Positions 54,401 to 64,000 of a DNA stretch of 64,000 nucleotides are shown here, in pieces. A model generated the notes under the pieces. The model saw nothing but the letters and a program-made list of their open reading frames with translations, ran no database searches and was not told where the DNA came from. Within the stretch, counting starts at the first letter, position 1. Every line of letters begins with the position of its first letter. The stretch comes from the human T2T-CHM13v2.0 reference genome, Homo sapiens: assembly GCF_009914755.1 (NCBI RefSeq), contig NC_060933.1, one strand, 5' to 3'. Made by a program: the position numbers and the translations under genes.

Positions 54401-57400
54401 GGAATGGAATGGAATGGAACGGAATGGAGTGGAATGGAATGGAATCAACCCGAGTGCATGGGAATGGAATGGAAAGGAATGCAATGGAATGGAATCATCC
54501 GGAATGGAATGGAATGGAATGGAATGCAAAGCAATGGAATCAACTCGATTGCAATTGAATGGAATGGAATGGAAAGGAATAGAATGGAATCAACCCGAGT
54601 GTAATGGAATGGAAACGACTGGAATGGAGTGGAATGGAATGGAATGGAATGGAATGGAATGGAATCAACTCGATTGGAATGGAATGGAATGGAATGGAAT
54701 GGAATGGAATTAACCCGAATAGAATGGAATGGAATGGAATGGAACGGAATGGAATGGAATGGAATGGAATGGAATCAACCCGACTGCAGGGGAATGGAAT
54801 GAAATGGAATGGAATGGAATGGAATCATCCGGAACGGAATGGAATGGAATGGAATGGAATCAACTCGATTGCAATGGAATGGAATGGAATGGAATGGAAT
54901 AAAATGGAATGGAATGGAATTAACCGGAATAGAATGGAATGGAATGGAATGGAACGGAATGGTATGGAATGGAATGGAATGGAATTTAATGGAATGGAAT
55001 GGAATCAACCCGAGTGCAGGGGAATGGAATGGAATGGAATGCAATGGAATGGAATCATCCGGAATGGAATGGAATGGAATGGAATGCAATCAACCTGATG
55101 CAATGGAATGGAGTGGAATGGAATGGAATGGAATGGAAACATCCCGAATGTAATGGAATGTAATGGAGTGTAAGGGAATTGAATAGAATCAATCCGAATG
55201 TAATGGAATGGAATGGAATGAAATGGAAAGGAATGGAATGGAATGGAATGGAATCAACCCGAGTGCAATGGAATGGATTCGAATGGAATGGAATGGAATG
55301 GAATGGATTCAACAAGAGTGGAATGGAAAGGAATGGAATCAACCCGAGTGTAATGGCATGGAATGGAACGGAATGGAATGGGATGGAATGGAATGGTACG
55401 GAATAGAATGGAATGGAATGATATGGAATGGAATGGAATGGAATGGAATGGAATGGAATGGAATGGAATGAACCCGTGTGCAATGGAATGGAATGGAATG
55501 GAATGGAATGGATTCAACTCGAATGGAATCAACTCGATTGCAATGGAATGGAATGGAATTGAAAGGAATAGAATGGAATCAACCCGAGTGGAATGGAATG
55601 GAAAGGACTGGAATGGAGTGGAATGGAATGGAATGGAATTAACCCGAATAGAATGAAATGGAACGGAATGGAATGGAATGGAATGGAATGGAATGGAATG
55701 GAATCAACCCGAGTGCAGGGGAATGGAATGGAATGGAATGCAATGGAATGAAATCATCCGGAATGGAATGGAATGGAATGGAATGGAATGGAATGGAATC
55801 AACTCGATTTCAATGGAATGGAATGGAATAGAATGGAATGGAATTAACACGAAAGAATGGAATGGAATGGAATGGAATGGAATGGAATGGAAAAGAAAGG
55901 AATGGAAAGGAATGGAATGGAATCAACCCAAGTGCAGGGGAATGGAATGCAATGGAATTCAATGGAATGGAATCATCCGGAATGGAATGGAATGGAATGG
56001 AATGGAATGGAATGGAATGGAATGGAATGGAATGGAATCAACCCGAGTGCAATGGAATGGAGAGGAATGGAATGGAATGGAATGGAAACTACACGAATGG
56101 AATGGAATGTAATGGAGTGTAAGGGAATTGAATAGAATGAATCCGAATGGAATGGAATGGAATGGAATGGAATGGAATGGAATGGAAAGGAATGGAATGG
56201 AATGGAATGGAATGGAATGGAATGCAATGCCATGGAATCAACCCAAGTGCAATCGAATGGAATCGAATGGAATGGAATGCAATGGAATGGATTGAACTTG
56301 AATGGAATGGAAAGAATGGAATCATAACGAGTGGAATGGCATGGTTTGGAATGGAATGGAATGGAATCAACTCGATTGCAATCGAATGGAATGGAATGGA
56401 ATTAACCCGAATAGAATGGAATGGAATGGAATGGAATGGAACGGAACGGAATGGAATGGAATGGAATGGAATGGAATGGAATGGAATGCAATGGAATGGA
56501 ATCAACGCGAGTGCAGGGAAAAGGAATGGAATGGAATGCAATGGAATGGAATCTTCCGGAATGGAATGGAATGGAATGGAATAGAATGGAATGGAATGGA
56601 ATGGAATGGAATGGAATCAACCCGAGTACAGGGGAATGGAATGGAATGTAATGCAGTGGAATGGAATCATTCGTAATGGAATGGAAAGGAATGGAATGGA
56701 ATGGAAAGGAATGGAATGCAATGGAATGGAATCTTCCGGAATGGAATAGAATTGAATGCAATGGATTCAACTCGATTGCAATGGAATGGAATGGAATGGA
56801 ATTGAATGCAATGGATTCATCTCTACTGCAATGGAATGGAATAGAATGGAATGGAACGGAATGGAATGGAATTAACCCGAATAAAATGGAATGGAATGGA
56901 ATGGAACGGAACGGAACAGAACGGAACGGAATGGAATGGAATGGAATGGAATGGAATGGTGTGGAATGGAATGGAATGTAAGGAATAGAATGGAATGGAA
57001 ACAATTGGAATGGAATGGAATCGAATGGAATGGAATGGAATGGAATGGAATGGAATCAACCCGAGTGCAGGGGAATGTAATGGAATGGAATGTAATGGAA
57101 TGGAATCATCCGGAATGGAATGGAATGGAATGGAATGGAATGGAATGGAACCAACTCGATTGTGGTGGAATGGAATGGAATGGAATGGAATGGAATGGAA
57201 TTAACCCGAAAACAATGCAATGGAATGGAATGGAACGGAATGGAGTGGAATAGAATGGAATCATCCCGAGTGCAGGGGAATGGAATGGAATGGAATGCAA
57301 TGGAATGGAATCATCCGGAATGGAATGCAAAGCAATGGAATCAACTCGATTGCAATGGAATGGAATGGAATGGAAAGGAATACATTGGAATCAACCCGAG

Positions 57401-60400
57401 TGGAATGGAATGGAAAGGACTGGAATGGAGTGGAATGGAATGGAATGGAATGGAATGGAATCAACTCGATTGGAATGGAATGGAATGGAATGGAATGGAA
57501 TGGAATGGAATTAACCCGAATAGAATGGAATGGAATGGAATGGAATGGAACGGAACGGAACGGAACGGAACGGAATGGAATGGAATGGAATGGAATGGAA
57601 TGGAATGGAATCAACCCGACTGCAGGGGAATGGAATGGAATGGAATGCAATGGAATGGATTCAACTTGAATGGAATGGAAAGAGTGGAATCAACACGAGT
57701 GGAATGGCATGAATTGGAATGGAATGGAATGGAATCAACCCGAGTACAGGGGAATGGAATGGAATGGTATGCAATGGAATGGAATCATCCGTACTGGAAT
57801 GGAAAGCAATGGAATGGAATGGAATGGAATGGAATGGAATGGAATCAACTCGATTGCAGTCGAATGGAATGGAATGGAATTAACCTGAATAGAATTGAAT
57901 GGAATGGAATGGAACGGAACGGAACGGAATGGAATGGAATGGAATGGAATGGAATGGAACGGAACGGAATGGAATGGAATGGAATGGAATGGAATGGAAT
58001 CAACGCGAGTGCAGGGGAATGGAATGGAATGGAATGCAATGGAATGGAATCTTCCGGAATGGAATGGAATGGAATGGAATGGAATGGAATGAAATGCAAT
58101 GGATTCAACTCGATTGCAATGGAATGGAATAGAACGGAATGGAATGGAATGGAATAGAATGAACCCGAATAGAATGGAATGGAATGCAATGCAACGGAAT
58201 GGAACGGAATGGAATGGAATGGAATGGAATGGAATGGTATGGAATGGAATGGAATGGTACGGAATATAATGGAATGTAACTAATTGTAATTTAATGGAAT
58301 TGAATGGAATGGAATGGAATCAACGCGAGTGCAGGGGAATGTAATGGAACGGAATGCAATGGAATGGAATCATCCGGAATGGAATGGAATGGAATGGAAG
58401 GGAAGGGAATGGAATCAACCCGAGTGCAATGGAATGGAGTGGAATGTTATGGAATGGAATGGAACAACCCGAATGGAATGGAATGTAATGGAATGTAATT
58501 GAGTTGAATAGAATCAATCCGAATGTAATGGAATGGAATGCAACGGAATGGAATGGAATGGAAAGCAATGGAATGCAATCAACCAGAGTACAATGGAATG
58601 GAATGGAATGGAATGGAATGCCTTCAAACCGAATGGAATGGAAAGGAATGGAATCAACACGAGTGGAATGGAATGGAATGGAATTGAATGGAAGGGAATG
58701 ATACGGAATAGAATGGAATGGAACGAAATGGAATGGAATGGAATGGAATGGAATGGAATGGAATCGTTCTGAGTGGAATAGGAGGGAATGTATTCGAGTG
58801 GAATGGAAAGGAATGGAATCAACCAGATTGGAATGGAAGGGAATGCAATGGAATGGAAACTAATAGAATGGAATCAACCCGAGTGGAATGGAATGGAAAG
58901 GACTGGAATGGAATGGAATGGAATGGAATCAACTCGATTGTAATGGAATGGAATGGAATGGAATGGAATGGAATGGAATTAACCCGAATACAATGGAATG
59001 GAATGGAATGGAACGGAATGGAGTGGAATGGAATGGAATCAACCCAAGTGCAGGGGAATGGAATGGAATGGAATGCAATGGAATGGAATCATCCGGAATG
59101 GAATGGAATGGAATGGAATGCAAAGCAATGGAATCAACTCGATTGCAATGGAATGGAATGGAATGGAAAGGAATACATTGGAATCAACCCGAGTGGAATG
59201 GAATGGAAAGGACAGGAATGGAGTGGAATGGAATGGAATGGAATGGAATGGAATCAACTCGATTGGAATGGAATGGAATGGAATGGAATGGAATGGAATT
59301 AACCCGAATAGAATGGAATGGAATGGAACGGAACGGAACGGAATGGAATGGAATGGAATGGAATGCAATGGAATGGAATGGAATGGAATCAACCCGACTG
59401 CAGGGGAATGGAATGGAATGGAATGCAATGGAATGGATTCAACTTGAATGGAATGGAAAGAATGGAATCAACACGAGTGGAATGGCATGGATTGGAATGG
59501 AATGGAATGGAATGAACCCGAGTACAGGGGAATGGAATGGAACGGAATGCATTGGAATGGAATCATCCGGAATGGAATGGAATGGAATGGAATGGAATGG
59601 AATGGAATGGAATCAACTCGATTGCAATCGAATGGAATGGAATGGAATTAACCCGAATAGAATGGAATGGAATGGAATGGAACGGAACGGAATGGAATGG
59701 AATGGAATGGAATGGAATGGAACCGAACGGAACGGAATGGAATGGAATGGAATCAACGCGAGTGCAGGGGAATGGAATGGAATGGAATGCAATGGAATGG
59801 AATCTTCCGGAATGGAATGGAATGGAATGGAATGCAATGGATTCAACTCGATTGCAATGGTATGGAGTAGAATGGAATGGAATGGAATGGAATGGAATGG
59901 AATGGAATTAACTCGAATAGAATGGAATGGAAGGGAACGGAATGGAACGGAACGGAACGGAACGGAATGGAATGGAATGGAAGGGAATGGAATGGAATGG
60001 AATGATATGGAATGGAATGGAATGGAATGGAGTCAACGCGAGTGCAGGGGAATGTAATGGAACAGAATGCAATGGAATGGAATCATCCGGAATGGAATGG
60101 AATGGAATGGAATGGAATGGAATGGAATGGAATGGAATCAACCCGAGTGCAATGGAATGGAGTGGAATGGAATGGAATGGAATGGAACAACCCGAATGGA
60201 ATGGAATGTAATGGAGAGTAAGGCAGTTGAATAGAATCAATCCGAATGTAATGGAATGGAACGGAATGGAATGGAATGGAATGGAATGGAATGGAATGGA
60301 ATGGAATGGAATGGAATGCAAAGGAATGGAATCAACCCGAGTACAATGGAATGGAATGGAATGGAATGGAATGGAATGGAATGGAATGGAATCCACCCGA

Positions 60401-63400
60401 GTGCAATGGAATGGAGAGGAATGGAATGGAATGGAATGGAAACTACCCGAATGGAATGGAATGTAATGGAGTGTAAGGGAATTGAATAGAATCAATCCGA
60501 ATGGAACGGAATGGAATGGAACGGAATGTAATGTAATGGAATGGAATGGAATCAACCCGAGTGCAGGGGAATGGAATGGAATGGAATGCAATGGAATGGA
60601 ATCATCCGGAATGGAATGTAATGGAATGCAATGGAATGGAATGGAATGGAATCAACCCGAGTGCAATGGAATGGAGTGAAATGGAATGGAATGGAATCGA
60701 ATGGAAATAACCAGAATGGATTGGAATATAATGGAGTTAAGGGAATTGAATAGAATCAATCTGAATGTAATGAAATGGAATGGAACGGAATGGAATGCAA
60801 TGGAATGGAACGGAATGGAATGGAATGCAATGGAATGGAATCAACCCGAGTACAGGGGAATGGAATGGAATGGAATGCAATGGAATGGAATCATCCGTAA
60901 TGGAATGGAAAGCAATGGAATGGAATGGAATGGAATGGAATGGAATGGAATGGAATGGAATCAACTCGATTGCAATCGAATGGAATGGAATGGAATTAAC
61001 CCGAATAGAATGGAATGGAATGGAATGGAATGGAACGGAAAGGAATGGAATGGAACGGAATGGAATGGAATGGAATGGAACGGAACGGAATGGAATGGAA
61101 TGGAATTGAATGGAATGGAATGGAATCAACCCAACTGCAGGGGAATGGAATGGAATGGAATGCAATGGAAAGGAATCATGCGGAACGGAATGCAATGGAA
61201 TGGAATGGAATCAACACGAGTGCAATGGAATGGAGTGGAATGGAATGGAATGGAATGGAATGGAACTACCCGAATGGAATGGAATGTAATGGAGAGTAAG
61301 GGAGTTGAATAGAATCAATCCGAATGTAATGGAAAGGAATGGAAAGGAATGGAATGGAATGGAATGGAATGCAATGGAATGGAATCAAACCGAGTACAAT
61401 GGATTGGAATGGAATGGAATGGAATGGAATGGAATCAACACGAGTGCAATGGAATGGAGTGGAATGGAATGGAATGGAATGGAACAACGCGAATGGAATG
61501 GAATGTAATGGAGAGTAAGGGAGTTGAATAGAAACAATCCGAATGTAATGGAATGGAATGGAATGGAATGGAATGGAATGGAATGGAATGGAATGCAATG
61601 GAAGGGAATCAACCCGAGTACAATGGAATGGAATGGAATGGAATGGAATGGAATGGAATGGAATGGAAAGAATGGAATGGAATCAACCCGAGTGCAATGG
61701 AATGGAGAGGAATGGAATGGAATGGAATGGAAACTACCCGAATGGAATGGAATGTAATGGAGTGTAAGGGAATTGAATAGAATCAATCCAAATGGAATGG
61801 AATGGAATGGAACGGAATGTAAAGAATGGAATGGAATGGAATCAACGCGAGTGCAGGGGAATGGAATGGAATGGAATGCAACGGAATGGAATCATCCGGA
61901 ATGGAATGGAATGGAATGCAATGGAATGGAATGGAATGGAATCAACCCGAGTGCAATGGAATGGAGTGAAATGGAATGGAATGGAATGGAAACAACCAGA
62001 ATGGATTGGAATATAATGGAGTGTAAGTGAATTGAATAGAATCAATCTGAATGTAATGAAATGGAATGGAACGGAATGGAATGGAATGGAATGGAATGGA
62101 ATGGAATGGAATGGAATGGAATTAACCGGAATAGAATGGAATGCAATGGAATGGAACGGAATGGAATGGAATGGAAGGTAATGGAATCAACACGAGTGCA
62201 GCGGAATGGAATGGAAAGGAATGCAATGGAATGGAATCATCCGGAATGCAATGGAATGGAATGGAATGGAATGGAATGGAATGGAATGGAATCAACCCGA
62301 GTGCAATGGAATGGAGTGGAATGGAATGGAATGGAATGGAACTATCCGAATGTAATGGAATGTAATGGAGAGTAAGGGAGTTGAATAGAATCAATCAGAT
62401 TGTAATGGAATGGAACGGAATGGAATGGAATGGAATGGAATGGAATGGAATGCAATGGAATGGAATCAACCCGAGTACAATGGAACGGAATGGAATGGAA
62501 TGTAGTGGAATGGAATGGAATGGAATGGAATGGAATCAACCCGAGTGCAATGGAATGGAGAGGAATGGAATGGAATGGAATGGAAACTACCCGAATGGAA
62601 TGGAATGTAATGGAGCGTAAGGGAATTGAATAGAATCAATCCGAATGGAATGGAATGGAATGGAACGGAATGTAATGGAATGGAATGGAATGGAATCAAC
62701 CCGAGTGCAGACGAATGGAATGGAATGGAATGCAATGGAAAGGAATCATCCGGAATGGAATGGAATGGAATGCAATGGAGTAGAATGGAATGGAATCAAC
62801 CCGAGTGCAATGGAATGGAGTGAAATGGAATGGAATGGAATGGAAACAACCAGAATGGATTGGAATATAATGGAGTGTAAGGGAATTGAATAGAATCAAT
62901 CTGAATGTAATGGAATGGAATGGAACGGAATGGAATGGAATGGAATGGAATGCAATGGAATGGAATGCAATGGAATGGAATCAACCCGAGTGCAATCGAA
63001 TGGAATCGAATGGAATGGAATGCAATGGAATGGATTCAACTTGAATGGAATGGAAAGAATGGAATCAACACGAGTGGAAGGGCATGGATTGGAATGCAAT
63101 GGAATGGAATCAACTCGAGTACATGGGAATGGAACGGAATGGAATGCAATGGAATGGAATCATCCGTAATGGAATGGAAAGGAATGAAATGGAATGGAAT
63201 GGAATGGAATGGATTGGAATGGAATGGAATCAACATGATTGCAATCGAATGGAATGGAATGGAATTAACCCTAATAGAATGGAATGGAATGGAATGGAAC
63301 GGAACGGAATGGAATGGAATGGAATGGAATGGAATGGAACGGAACGGAAGGGAATGGAATGGAATGGAATGGAATGGAATGGAATGGAATGGAATGGAAT

Positions 63401-64000
63401 CAACGCGAGTGCAGGGGAATGGCATGGAATGGAATACAATGGAATGGAATCTTCCAGAATGGAATGGAATGGAATGGAATGGAATGGAATGAAATGCAAT
63501 GGATTCAACACGATTGCAATGGAATGGAATAGAATGGAATGGAATGGAATGGAATGGGATTAACCCGAATAGAATGGAATGGAATGGAATGGAACGGAAT
63601 GGAACGGAATGGAATGGAATGGAATGGAATGGAATGGAATGGAATGGTATGGAATGGAATGGAATGGTACGGAATAGAATGGAATGGAACGAATTTTAAT
63701 GGAATGGAATTGAATGGAATGGAATGGAATCAACGCGAGTGCAGGGGAATGTAATGGAATGGAATTGAATGGAATGGAATGGAATGGAATGGAATCAACG
63801 CGAGTGCAGGGGAATGTAATGGAACGGAATGCAATGGAATGGAATCATCCGGAATGGAATGGAATGGAATGGAATGGAATGGAATCAACCCGAGTGCAAT
63901 GGAATGGAGTGGAATGGAATGGAATGGAATGGAACAACCCGAATGGAATGGAATGTAATGGAGAGTAAGGGAGTTGAATAGAATCAATCCGAATGTAATG
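48490..64000 (+). repeat. Direct duplication D5: about 48490-52900 repeated at about 59590-64000 (offset about 11.1 kb; runs off the window end)
   Basis: ORF pairs 48568/59667, 49383/60482, 51527/62626 and 52615/63714 (11,099), 50211/61305 (11,094), 50664/61773 (11,109). Shared private words gagtgcagacgaat, gagtgcagcggaat, gagcgtaaggg and cgaattttaatgg. Confidence 0.92.

Larger units (their letters stand above)
44187..63460 (+). promoter_or_regulatory. Fourteen perfect three-unit heat shock element motifs (gGAAtcTTCcnGAAt)
   Basis: Starts at 44187, 44860, 45257 (cttcctgaa), 46753, 47232, 47531, 48695, 52337 (cttccagaa), 53877, 56548, 56728, 58046, 59799 and 63446 (cttccagaa). The motif match is direct; function is inferred. 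Confidence 0.6.
1..64000. repeat. Human Satellite III (HSat3) array, diverged (GGAAT)n/(CATTC)n, probably HSat3B class
   Basis: Continuous 5-bp periodicity across the entire window, interrupted every few tens of bp by CAACCCGAGT/CAACCCGAAT (ACTCGGGTTG/ATTCGGGTT) and related words. This is the classical satellite 3 signature. No non-satellite stretch was seen. Confidence 0.98.
27707..64000 (+). repeat. HSat3 orientation block 4 (GGAAT on +)
   Basis: (GGAAT)n runs from 27707 to the window end with no further strand switch seen. Confidence 0.96.

Noticed and set aside
1-64000. CRISPR-like pattern of recurring CAACCCGAGT words separated by variable spacers
   Set aside because: The 'spacers' are themselves GGAAT repeats of irregular length, the recurring word is only about 10 bp, and no cas-like genes are present.
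1-64000. HSat2 or Y-chromosome DYZ1 identity
   Set aside because: CATTCGATTC-type HSat2 words are only sporadic, long pure CATTC runs dominate, and no regular period of about 3.6 kb is evident.
1-64000. Telomeric repeats, alpha satellite, CENP-B boxes
   Set aside because: No TTAGGG arrays (only isolated ttaggg words such as at 1683), no 171-bp monomer, and no TTCGnnnnAnnCGGG match noticed by eye.
27707-64000. Canonical G-quadruplex motifs on the G-rich strand
   Set aside because: Mostly GG dinucleotides; GGG/GGGG runs are isolated rather than four closely spaced tracts.

Overview
The whole 64 kb window is human (great-ape-type) classical Satellite III (HSat3): diverged (GGAAT/CATTC)n pentamers punctuated by CAACCCGA(G/A)T-type decamers and a small set of recurrent variant cassettes. 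I see no genes, RNA genes, transposon insertions or CRISPR arrays. Every ORF in the track is a translation of the pentamer (MEWNG/IPFHS repeats). The informative content is structural. There are three strand switches (about 6508, 9880 and 27707), two of which are copies of one junction carried by a near-identical 21,199-bp-offset duplication. There is also a fold-back inverted repeat at about 9.8 kb, a 412-bp templated inverted insertion exactly at a duplication breakpoint, and nested direct duplications with periods of about 5.4-5.5, 5.6, 6.2, 7.5 and 11.1 kb. Two interleaved sequence sub-types can be distinguished. At least 19 perfect three-unit heat shock elements (nGAAnnTTCnnGAAn) occur, all in one sub-type. 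The cassette content resembles the chr9q12-type stress-induced SatIII, but that assignment needs alignment. All comparisons were made by eye and from ORF-track offsets, so boundaries inside pure pentamer tracts are approximate.
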